64,000 nt of DNA from Candidatus Hydrogenedentota bacterium. Lineage in GTDB: Bacteria; Hydrogenedentota; Hydrogenedentia; Hydrogenedentales; SLHB01. Shown one piece after another: positions 41,305 through 49,888 of the stretch (positions are counted from its first letter, which is position 1; each line of letters begins with the position of its first letter). The stretch is taken from positions 1-64,000 of the forward strand of contig BTWA01000021.1 in the NCBI GenBank assembly GCA_045863295.1. Reading direction: 5' to 3'. A program made the translations under genes and the position numbers. The notes under the pieces are model-generated. The model worked only from the letters and a program-made list of their open reading frames with translations, was not told the origin of the DNA and searched no databases.

Positions 41305-42210
41305 ATGAATAAGCGTACTGGATTCACTTTGATTGAATTGTTGGTTGTCATCGCCATCATCGGAATTCTGGCGGCCATTTTGCTGCCTGCTTTGGCGCGT
41401 GCGCGCGAAGCCGCCCGGCGGGCCAGTTGCCAAAACAATCTGAAGCAAGTTGGCCTGGTGTTGAAGATGTACGCGAACGAAAGCCGCGGAGGCCTGTATC
41501 CGCAACAGAAGACGGCAGACTGCAACGGCGATATTCAGCCATTCTGCACCATGTTTAATGGAACTGCCGTATACCCGGAATACCTTACCGACTGGAACGT
41601 GCTGGTATGCCCAAGCTCACCCAGCGGCAGTGACGCGCTGGAACTGTGGGATGCCGGCGATACACTGTCCAACAATTGGGAGTCCTCCCCGTTTTCGGAT
41701 AACGGTGTTGTAGAGCCGTGCGAGATAGCGGAACACCCCTATGTGTACTTTGGTTGGGCTGTCAGCCCGACGATGATTCAGGCGGAATTTGCTGCCAGCG
41801 GCGATTTGGAGGCATTCGAGGAATCGGTTGAGGCGCTGGCGGAATCCATTGAAATGGCCGGCTCGCTGGTCAATGCGGATGCTATAGCAGACCGTGACTG
41901 GACGCTGGCTTCGGCGGTAGGCGGTATCAGCAAGGTATCGCGCTTCAAAGAAGGCATCGAGCGGTTTATGATCACGAACATCAACGCCGCCGCCGCGGGC
42001 AACCAGGCCCAGTCCGAACTTCCCGCATTCTGGGACGAAATTGGCGACGAGGCCACCCACTTTAACCATGTACCGGGCGGCTGCAACGTGTTGTACATGG
42101 ATGGACATGTCTCTTTTATTCGTTACAACGGTCTGAATGGCAACCGCTATCCTGTCAATGAAGGCGGTTTAATCCTGCACGAATTCACGCACGGTCACAG
42201 CCACCCGTAA
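41305..42210 (+). CDS. DUF1559 / prepilin-type N-terminal cleavage-methylation domain protein (H-X9-DG)
   Basis: [46 protein letters not shown]; His-rich C-terminus [10 protein letters not shown]. Confidence 0.92.
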   Translation: MNKRTGFTLIELLVVIAIIGILAAILLPALARAREAARRASCQNNLKQVGLVLKMYANESRGGLYPQQKTADCNGDIQPFCTMFNGTAVYPEYLTDWNVLVCPSSPSGSDALELWDAGDTLSNNWESSPFSDNGVVEPCEIAEHPYVYFGWAVSPTMIQAEFAASGDLEAFEESVEALAESIEMAGSLVNADAIADRDWTLASAVGGISKVSRFKEGIERFMITNINAAAAGNQAQSELPAFWDEIGDEATHFNHVPGGCNVLYMDGHVSFIRYNGLNGNRYPVNEGGLILHEFTHGHSHP

Positions 42211-42236
42211 TTGTGTGGTGAATCACGATTGAACTG

Positions 42237-42268
42237 GGCGGGACCCCACCCCGGGTCCCGCCTTTTTT
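42237..42268 (+). terminator. Intrinsic terminator
   Basis: 10-bp stem GGCGGGACCC/GGGTCCCGCC followed by T6. Confidence 0.85.
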
Positions 42269-42362
42269 GCGTCAAACAAAAGTCTAACCGTACACAATCG
42301 CTTGCTTAACATCCTGTGGATAAACTACGCCTGTTGATTCGGGCTTCCGCGGAGACAAGCGA

Positions 42363-44849
42363 ATGAAAATCGACCTGCATTGCCACTCGAAGTTCTCCAA
42401 GAGGCCGACGCTCTGGATTATGCAAAAGTTGGGATGCCCGGAGAGTTTCACGGAACCGGTCGACTTGTACCGCTCATGTCTGACAAAAGGAATGAGCGCA
42501 GTCACCATCACGGATCATAATGTAATCGACGGCGCGCTTGAGATTGCGCATTTGCCAAATACGATTACGGGTTGCGAATACACAACCTATTTTCCTGAAG
42601 ACCGGTGTAAAGTGCACATCCTGGTATACGGCATGACCGAATCGCAGCACCGGGAACTGACGGAAGCTCGCGAAAATATATTTGATCTCGTGGCGTATGT
42701 GCATGATCACAACCTTCCCCACATATGTGCCCATCCGCTGTTTTGGGTGAACGATCGTCTGACAGTGGCTCATGTCGAGAAACTGGTCCTGTTCTTTAAG
42801 AATTGGGAAATCAATGGCGACATGGAGCCGGCGATGAATTCGGCGGTTCAGTACCTGGTTCAAGGACTCACGCCAGAAATTATTGAGCGGCTAGTAAACA
42901 AGCACGGCATTGTCCCCAAATTCGACGAACCGTGGAAAAAGAACTTGACCGCAGGTTCGGACGATCACAGTTCTCTGAATCTGACTAGTGCCTGGACAGA
43001 AGTACCCAATGCAGGGACCTTTGAGGAGTTCTGGCGGGGGCTAAACGAAGGCCACGCACGAATCGGGTGTTTTCCATCGAGCCCCGAGAAATTCTCCCGC
43101 AACGTTTATGGCATCGCGTATCAGTTTTATAAGAGCAAGTTCAGCCTGGACCGTCATGTGCATAAAGATGTGTTTTTGCGCTATCTCGATCGTTCACTTC
43201 AATCGTTGCCGGAACCTCCGGAGCCCTGGTTTTCCCGTTTTCAACAGTTCATTGCGAGCCAGCGTCTGCGCAAAGGTGCGCAGAATCGGCAGTCGATTCT
43301 GAATCTGGCGCGGCACGAGGCGGAAAAGCACATCAAGAATGATCCGCAACTGATGGACATCGTGCAGAAAGGAATCCGCCATGGAGGGCGACCTGATGAA
43401 ACGTGGTACGAATTCGTCAATCAAGTCTCGAACAAAGTCCTGGTCCATTTCGGACGTCATGTCGTGGACCGGATCGTCCGCGCGCAGTTGTTCGACCTTT
43501 TTCATTCCCTGGGTTCAGCCGGTGCGTTGTACATGCTGCTCGCGCCTTACTTCATCGGCTACTCGCTGTACCGCCGACAAAGGACCTGGAGCGAAGAAGT
43601 TCTGACGCATTTTCGAGGCAAGCAAACAGGCGCCATGAATTCACAGCCCCGTGTGGCGCATTTTACAGATACCTACCACGAAGTAAACGGTGTGGCCCGC
43701 ACTTTGAAGCAACAGAACGCCACGGCGCAACAGCTTGGATTGGACTACACGATTGTCTCCAGCTTTGCGGAGCGACGGCCTATTGAAAGGGGTGTTCACC
43801 CGTTCACCCCGATTGGCACTATCACAATCCCTGAGTACCCCGAGTTAAAGATGTTGATGCCGCCATTTCTGGAAATGCTCAAACATTGTTACGACGAGAA
43901 TTTCACCCATATCCATGTGGCCACGCCCGGACCGGTCGGTCTGGCCGCGCTCGGAATCGCCCGAATACTTCAACTTCCCATATCCGGAACCTATCATACG
44001 GCGTTTCCTCAATATGCCAAAGTGCTGACCGACGACGGCGTGGTCGAAGAGATGATGTGGAAGGCAATGATCTGGTTTTACGACCAGTTGGATGCGGTAT
44101 ACGTGCCCTCTATGGCGACCGGCAATGACTTGGTTGAGCGCGGACTCAATCCGGACAAGTTACGTGTCTATCCCCGGGGCGTGGATATCGAGCGATTTCA
44201 CCCTCGCACGGGAAACGAATCCACGCGCGCGCGGTTCGGTATCCCTGTAGATGTTCCTGCCTTTATCTATGTTGGGCGTGTATCTCGCGAAAAGAATCTC
44301 CACATTCTCGCCCATGCCTACAACTCGCTTCTGGAACGAGGGGTAGAGGCGACGCTCGTCATTGTCGGCGACGGTCCATTCCGGTTGGACATGCAGAAGA
44401 TGCTGGAAGGCAGCCCTGCCGTGTTCACCGGATATCTGGAAGGGGATGACCTACCCGCGATCTACGCTGCGTGCGACACTCTGGTGTTTCCGAGCACAAC
44501 CGACACCTTTGGTAATGTAGTGCTGGAAGCACAGGCTTGCGGTATTCCAGCCATTGTGACGGATCAAGGCGGCCCCCAGGAAAATGTGGTTCCGGATGAG
44601 ACCGGTATCGTTGTACGGGGCACTGAACCGGCCGCACTCGTCGAGGCCATGGCATTACTGGCAAATGACCGGGCATTGCGACTCCGCATGGGCGCTGCTT
44701 CGCGGCGTTACATCGAGAACCGTGGTTTCGCAAGAGCCTTTGAGCAGCTCTATGCCATGTACGTTCAAGACTCGGCCCAAACCCATACCCTTCCCTTGGT
44801 ATCGTTACAGAATTTGCCGTTTCCCACCTCCGAAGCCTTGGCCATATAG
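42363..44849 (+). CDS. PHP phosphoesterase domain fused to a GT4 glycosyltransferase
   Basis: PHP motifs DLHCHS, TITDHN, GCE, AHP, GSDDH; GT4 motifs VNGVA, RGVD, YVGRVSREK, DTFGNVVLEA. Confidence 0.85.
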   Translation: MKIDLHCHSKFSKRPTLWIMQKLGCPESFTEPVDLYRSCLTKGMSAVTITDHNVIDGALEIAHLPNTITGCEYTTYFPEDRCKVHILVYGMTESQHRELTEARENIFDLVAYVHDHNLPHICAHPLFWVNDRLTVAHVEKLVLFFKNWEINGDMEPAMNSAVQYLVQGLTPEIIERLVNKHGIVPKFDEPWKKNLTAGSDDHSSLNLTSAWTEVPNAGTFEEFWRGLNEGHARIGCFPSSPEKFSRNVYGIAYQFYKSKFSLDRHVHKDVFLRYLDRSLQSLPEPPEPWFSRFQQFIASQRLRKGAQNRQSILNLARHEAEKHIKNDPQLMDIVQKGIRHGGRPDETWYEFVNQVSNKVLVHFGRHVVDRIVRAQLFDLFHSLGSAGALYMLLAPYFIGYSLYRRQRTWSEEVLTHFRGKQTGAMNSQPRVAHFTDTYHEVNGVARTLKQQNATAQQLGLDYTIVSSFAERRPIERGVHPFTPIGTITIPEYPELKMLMPPFLEMLKHCYDENFTHIHVATPGPVGLAALGIARILQLPISGTYHTAFPQYAKVLTDDGVVEEMMWKAMIWFYDQLDAVYVPSMATGNDLVERGLNPDKLRVYPRGVDIERFHPRTGNESTRARFGIPVDVPAFIYVGRVSREKNLHILAHAYNSLLERGVEATLVIVGDGPFRLDMQKMLEGSPAVFTGYLEGDDLPAIYAACDTLVFPSTTDTFGNVVLEAQACGIPAIVTDQGGPQENVVPDETGIVVRGTEPAALVEAMALLANDRALRLRMGAASRRYIENRGFARAFEQLYAMYVQDSAQTHTLPLVSLQNLPFPTSEALAI

Positions 44850-45116
44850 CCGGTGTCTGCTGCCGGTTTCGAAAGAGCATGGGCGATCTGGCGCCGTTGC
44901 CGCTGCGAGGCGTTCTCACAAAGTATCGGCTGGACCTTCGGCACAACATCCATTTGGCTTTCCCATAGTCCGGGTGAATGTATGCTCTTGGTTTGGCCTG
45001 GATTCTCATTGGACGGGAATTTGGACATTATTTTGGGCTACCGGGGTAAGCCGAGTGCCCCTTCCGTGTCAGCTGCGCACCTTGTGTATTTCCGGGTTTC
45101 CGAAGCGACCCTATCC

Positions 45117-45145
45117 TTGTAACACCCCCATTTGTTGTCTATACT
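45117..45145 (+). promoter_or_regulatory. Putative sigma70 promoter
   Basis: TTGTAA-N17-TATACT, about 130 nt upstream of the next gene. Confidence 0.55.
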
Positions 45146-45274
45146 GAGGAATTCATGAATCCGGCTGTAACCGGGGGTTGATTTGCCCGGTCACTTGAAG
45201 CCGATTCAGTTCATTCACTATGTCCCGGCGTGCCGGATTCCGGCGCCGGTTGGGGTTGCGAGGAGAGGCATCGG

Positions 45275-47107
45275 ATGCGCCATCAAGCCACGTTTATTCG
45301 TGAGCTGGAGGGTCTTAGCCGGCCCGCGTTCCGCATTGCACGTGAGTTGACACTGAACAGCCGATCCGGTTTAACAGTACGATTTCTGGCAAAGAAGCTG
45401 GAAGCGCCTGAGGAAGAGATCGAGTATCTGGTGGACGTGAACCACCGTCTCTTTTTTCACGATCTTACCAAGGTGAAGTTGGTTGCCGAAGGTTTTCCCG
45501 CCGTAAAGCGTATCACCGACGGACTCGAGAACCGCGGCGATGTTCCTTCCATGTTCAACCTTGCCAAGAGCATGGGTCCGCACGAATTTCGCCGTCTCGA
45601 GGAGCGCATTGGGATTGAGAAGCCCGGCGGCAAGAAGGCTGCCATCGAAGATCTTCTTTCCCGATATTATGCGACCACCGACGCCCTCGTTGAATATGTG
45701 GCCTCACGCGAGTTCACCCCCCATGCCCAGGAAGTCTTCGACATCATCTGGCAGTCCAAGAGCGGTATCATTCCCGTGGCCAAACTGCGCACTTTGCACA
45801 ATCGTTCCGACTACGAAACGGAACAGGCTCTGAACGAATTGTTCGAAGGCTTTGCCGTATTCGAGATGTTCCGGTTCGATTCCGAAGAGCGCCTCGTGCG
45901 CGTTGCCGCTCTTTTGTCGGAGATTCGGCAATGGCGGGAGGACGAAAAAGCTCGCCGCAATGCGAAAGCGCAGCTAAAACCCGTTAAGGGAAAGCCCGAC
46001 TGGGTGGAAACACGCGGGTTGGATTTTTCGGACAAGGTATGCCGGCTGGTCGCCGCCATTGCGGCCAAACCTGCACGGTTGCGCGGCGATGGCGAGTTGT
46101 TTCGTGAAGACCGGCGTCGCTTGAGTGAAATCGCGCCGGAAGAAGACGAGCCCTCGTTGCAGACGTTTTTGTGGATTGCGGAGGGCGTGGGTTGGATAGC
46201 CCGCGTGGACAACGAGTTGCGCACCGCGGATCTAGAAGAATTGCTCAACATGGATCGCATTGGCCGTCATCGAATCTTGGCGGAATGGCTGCTTGGCCGC
46301 GGCGGCGATCCAATGTCGCGCCGGGTCCTGGCAAAGGTGATCGATGAAATCAAGACAACATCCTGGTATTCCGTAATGGATTTCATTGAGTATGCCCGCC
46401 GCATGGATACAGACACCGGCCAAGCGACATTGAGGAATGTCGGCGGCCACTGGCAGTATGCCGGCATTGGCACCGGGGGGGCAGGCAAGGCGCTTGCGCG
46501 GTCTCTTGAAGAAACGTTTCTGTGGCTTGGGATAGTCGATCGTGGAACAGAAGACGGGGAAAGCGTATTCAGGACTACCGAATTGGGCCGGTTTGTGCTC
46601 AGCGACGGCAAGCTGGATGGATTGTCCAAGCATTTTCCGCCGGAGAAGGCAGAAATTGTGGTTCAACCGAATTTTGACATTATTGTTCCGACTCAAGACA
46701 TGGATCCGCTGCTTATCGTGCCGCTGGAACAGTTTTGTGTTCGAGGCAGCACGGGTTCGGCCACGGTTTACACGCTGACCAAGGATTCGTTTACGAAGGC
46801 AGTCCAAGAAGGACATGACAGCGATCGCTTTGTGCGGTTTCTGCTCACCCATAATCGCGGGGGGTCTTTACCCAACAACGTGATGACCACGCTGGATGAT
46901 TGGCGAGGCGGAATGAAGCGCGTGAGATTGCGCACCATACACGTACTCGAAGCCGACGATCCTTTGGTCATGGCTGACATCCAGCATCGCCGACGGTTTG
47001 CCAAACATTTCGAAAGCCTCGACCCTCGTAAGGCAGTCGCTGTCACCAAGATTTCCAAGTCTGAACTCGCCCGGGAGCTTGAAAAAGAAGGGTTTGTGGT
47101 CAGTTAG
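45275..47107 (+). CDS. Helicase-associated (Helicase_C_3 / XPB N-terminal-like) domain protein
   Basis: C-terminal VVQPNFDI..YTLTKDSF..A..G..FL..LP.NV..LDDW pattern; no Walker motifs. Confidence 0.75.
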   Translation: MRHQATFIRELEGLSRPAFRIARELTLNSRSGLTVRFLAKKLEAPEEEIEYLVDVNHRLFFHDLTKVKLVAEGFPAVKRITDGLENRGDVPSMFNLAKSMGPHEFRRLEERIGIEKPGGKKAAIEDLLSRYYATTDALVEYVASREFTPHAQEVFDIIWQSKSGIIPVAKLRTLHNRSDYETEQALNELFEGFAVFEMFRFDSEERLVRVAALLSEIRQWREDEKARRNAKAQLKPVKGKPDWVETRGLDFSDKVCRLVAAIAAKPARLRGDGELFREDRRRLSEIAPEEDEPSLQTFLWIAEGVGWIARVDNELRTADLEELLNMDRIGRHRILAEWLLGRGGDPMSRRVLAKVIDEIKTTSWYSVMDFIEYARRMDTDTGQATLRNVGGHWQYAGIGTGGAGKALARSLEETFLWLGIVDRGTEDGESVFRTTELGRFVLSDGKLDGLSKHFPPEKAEIVVQPNFDIIVPTQDMDPLLIVPLEQFCVRGSTGSATVYTLTKDSFTKAVQEGHDSDRFVRFLLTHNRGGSLPNNVMTTLDDWRGGMKRVRLRTIHVLEADDPLVMADIQHRRRFAKHFESLDPRKAVAVTKISKSELARELEKEGFVVS

Positions 47108-47110
47108 CCT

Positions 47111-47247
47111 GCATTTTTCACCACGCTTAAATCGTGCGTGGAAGACTGAAGTACAGTCTCCGTGGAAGACTGAAGTACAGTCTCCGTGGAAGACTGAAGT
47201 ACAGTCTCCGTGGAAGACTGAAGTACAGTCTCCGTGGTGCAAAATGC
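47111..47247. repeat. Four perfect 24-bp tandem units enclosed by 15-bp inverted repeats
   Basis: (CGTGGAAGACTGAAGTACAGTCTC)x4 at 47137-47232; flanks GCATTTTTCACCACG (47111-47125) and CGTGGTGCAAAATGC (47233-47247) are 14/15 complementary. Confidence 0.95.
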
Positions 47248-47469
47248 TCACACAGAATTCCTTAATCTTGAAACGCTGAGGATATTTCACGTGCACACTG
47301 TAAGTGCACCAGTTTTGGTAACTGGCCGGTTGAATTGTTCTTGTACAGTTAATTGGACAAAGTCGTGAAATATCCGGATTAGTGCTCCCTTCCAACCCGT
47401 GATGCCAGACCTTGCCGGTTGTTTCTTTTCATGCGCCCTGTGGTATTCTCAGACTTTGGATACGTAGTG

Positions 47470-48570
47470 ATGGATTTTCTTTCCCAAATACAATTTCCGT
47501 TGCCGGCCAGAACCACGGTTTTGGGCGTTGCGGCTTGTTTTTTGCTGTTTTTGGTGGCTGCCGTTCTAATTGAGGCTATTCGGCGGCGGCGCATGATGCA
47601 AGGCATTGTGGATGATGCGTGGAAAAGTGTCGACTCCATCATGGACGAGAAGGATTTCACGGAATCCGAAAAGGACATGCTCTCAAAGATACTGCGGCGC
47701 AGGGCGCCGCGCACACCGCATCAGGACATTACCGTGCGATACCGGTTCGAAGCGATCATCGACGAGGAGATGGCCGACCTTGAGGCTTCCGGGAATCGGG
47801 CGGAATTTGAGCGCATGGGCAAATTGCTGAGAGATATCCGCGCCAAACTTGGCCTTGATTTCGTCGCACTGGGGCAGCGAATTCACTCTACACGAGAGCT
47901 TTACCGCTCACAGGAAGTCTGGTTTTCGCCCGAGGGAACTCTGCCGGCACGCTGGCTGCGCGGCACGGTTACCGCTGTCGATGAAGCATTGGTCTCCGTT
48001 GCGCCCATTGCCGAGGAAGATACCACGGTGCCAGTAATACAGGCGGGAGAACGGGTAAAATTTCGTCTGTGGCGTGAGGAAGATGCGCGATACTTGTACG
48101 CCGTGAAGTTCAGCCATGCCGAGAAAGATCCGGTGCTCCTCTATTTTCATCACACTACGGATCTGCGTCGCGTTCAGAACCGGCAGTATTTCCGAATCGG
48201 ATACGATCAGCCTGCCGACGTGGGTGTTCTTGGAATTTATGCCGAGGAAAGCGATGCCGATGGCGGCGGTAAGCGCGTTGTGCAAAAGGTTCGCGGTCGG
48301 ATTGTCAATATCAGTGCTGGCGGTTGCGCTATAATTTTTCCACAGGAGGTTTCGCTTCAGCACTATGTCCGCGTGCCGCTGGAGTTGGAGGGATCGCAAC
48401 CGTTCACGGTTGATGGGCAGGTAATTTCTTGTGCCCCGTTAGCAGGAGGGCGCTTTCTGGTCCGCGTCACTTTTGCGCACATTGGCGAGGAGACGATCGA
48501 CACGATTGCCCAATTTGTGATTCGCCGGCAGCAGCGCGTGCTGGAGTCGGCAGAACACAGCGTGGTTTGA
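47470..48570 (+). CDS. Membrane-anchored PilZ-domain protein (flagellar-brake-like)
   Basis: N-terminal TM; RQYFR (RxxxR) and NISAGG (D/NxSxxG) c-di-GMP-binding motifs. Confidence 0.8.
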   Translation: MDFLSQIQFPLPARTTVLGVAACFLLFLVAAVLIEAIRRRRMMQGIVDDAWKSVDSIMDEKDFTESEKDMLSKILRRRAPRTPHQDITVRYRFEAIIDEEMADLEASGNRAEFERMGKLLRDIRAKLGLDFVALGQRIHSTRELYRSQEVWFSPEGTLPARWLRGTVTAVDEALVSVAPIAEEDTTVPVIQAGERVKFRLWREEDARYLYAVKFSHAEKDPVLLYFHHTTDLRRVQNRQYFRIGYDQPADVGVLGIYAEESDADGGGKRVVQKVRGRIVNISAGGCAIIFPQEVSLQHYVRVPLELEGSQPFTVDGQVISCAPLAGGRFLVRVTFAHIGEETIDTIAQFVIRRQQRVLESAEHSVV

Positions 48571-48573
48571 GCC

Positions 48574-49320
48574 GTGAAACTAATCGGCGATGCTGTGAAC
48601 GCGGTTCAGCGGAACCTGGGCGCGCTGGGTTTGTTTGTGGCCGCTTCCTTGGCGCTGAATACCCTTGTCTTTTTTGCCGATGGATTGTCCGGGATTGCCA
48701 GTGATCCGGCCAACTTGACCCTGTTTGATTCCATGTACTTTCTGGCAAGGGGTTTAGTGATCGTTTCGATTTCATCCGCCGCCGCCACGGTGGCATTTGC
48801 CTGGATGGGCCGCGAAATCGACCGTCCTCTGTGGAAGGTAGATGGAACCAAGGAAGCGCTCCGCAGGTTTTTTCCTGTCTGGTTTACGATTAATTTTATG
48901 GGCTGGGCGCCAACGTTCCTGGGGATGACGCTGGCGCAACGTACGTCGACTGCTCCCTTGGGTTATCTGCTGCTTCTGCTCAGCGTGATTTATGCGTTAT
49001 TTAGCACTCCCATCGGCACTTGTATCATGTTCCACGGACGCTTCAGGTGGGATCAATTCGGTGAATCATTGTATCCATTAGTGAAACAGGCTCCCAAGAC
49101 GGGAGTGGTATTATTAGTGACTATCACGCAGGTTGGTTTAATTCTCTATCTCGATCTTGTTGGCGGCGCGGGGCCGGCGGCATTCGACATTCGCGGACTG
49201 CTTACCGACTATGCCACAAGTGTTGTAAACGTCTACATTGAATGTCTGGTGTTCGCGGCGGTGTGGATCATCTGCATCATCGATCGCGACACCTTTGAAG
49301 AGGTTGACCTTGACTTCTAA
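48574..49320 (+). CDS. Hypothetical multi-pass membrane protein
   Basis: About 6 hydrophobic segments; tightly packed in the operon. Confidence 0.65.
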   Translation: MKLIGDAVNAVQRNLGALGLFVAASLALNTLVFFADGLSGIASDPANLTLFDSMYFLARGLVIVSISSAAATVAFAWMGREIDRPLWKVDGTKEALRRFFPVWFTINFMGWAPTFLGMTLAQRTSTAPLGYLLLLLSVIYALFSTPIGTCIMFHGRFRWDQFGESLYPLVKQAPKTGVVLLVTITQVGLILYLDLVGGAGPAAFDIRGLLTDYATSVVNVYIECLVFAAVWIICIIDRDTFEEVDLDF

Positions 49321-49888
49321 TCGTAATAGGCGCCCTGGCTGCCTTGTCGCAGGGTTTCTCGCTGTTTTTGTGTTTAGCCTCGCAGCATCGTATTACATCA
49401 CCATGCTCAGCATTCCCGACGGTTCACCGCTCCATGCGATGAGGGTTACGGAAGCCAATTTGACTTTGCTGGAGACGGCCATTGAGACATATAGACAGGC
49501 TCACAATGCCTATCCCGATGCAGGAGAGCGGGGCTTGAATTCTGCTGTCGCAGAATTGTCTCGCGAAGCGGACTATCTACCTGGCGGCGCCCCGGCAGAT
49601 GCATGGGGCAGACCTTATGTATACGTGCCGTTTGAAGCCTACGGGGAGCCGGGCGCAGAGGCGATGAAGGATGAATCCGGAGCGTATGCCGCCCCCGGAT
49701 CGTATCAATTGTATTCCCGCGGTCTTGACGGAATTTCCAGCGCGTTGCCATCCGATGCAAATACGGACAATATCGTTTCCTGGGACAGGTCGAAGCCTTG
49801 GCAGGCTCGGTACCGCCACAAGCACAAGGAATTCGTGGCACGCTGGCGCAAGATGACGCCGGACGAGCGCATGAAGAAACCTCAGTGA
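49310..49888 (+). CDS. GspG-like (T2SS G domain) protein
   Basis: L..AIETY...YP, DAWGRPYVY and YQLYSRGLDG match the GspG C-terminal domain. TTG start inferred after GAGG. Confidence 0.65.
   Translation: MTSNRNRRPGCLVAGFLAVFVFSLAASYYITMLSIPDGSPLHAMRVTEANLTLLETAIETYRQAHNAYPDAGERGLNSAVAELSREADYLPGGAPADAWGRPYVYVPFEAYGEPGAEAMKDESGAYAAPGSYQLYSRGLDGISSALPSDANTDNIVSWDRSKPWQARYRHKHKEFVARWRKMTPDERMKKPQ

Noticed and set aside
47137..47232. 24-bp palindromic repeats as a CRISPR array
   Set aside because: The units are head-to-tail with no spacers, and there are no cas genes in the window.
46868..47395. ORFs with repeated HGDCTSVF or WKTEVQSP peptides
   Set aside because: These are translations through the 24-bp DNA repeat, overlap a real gene and lack a convincing RBS.
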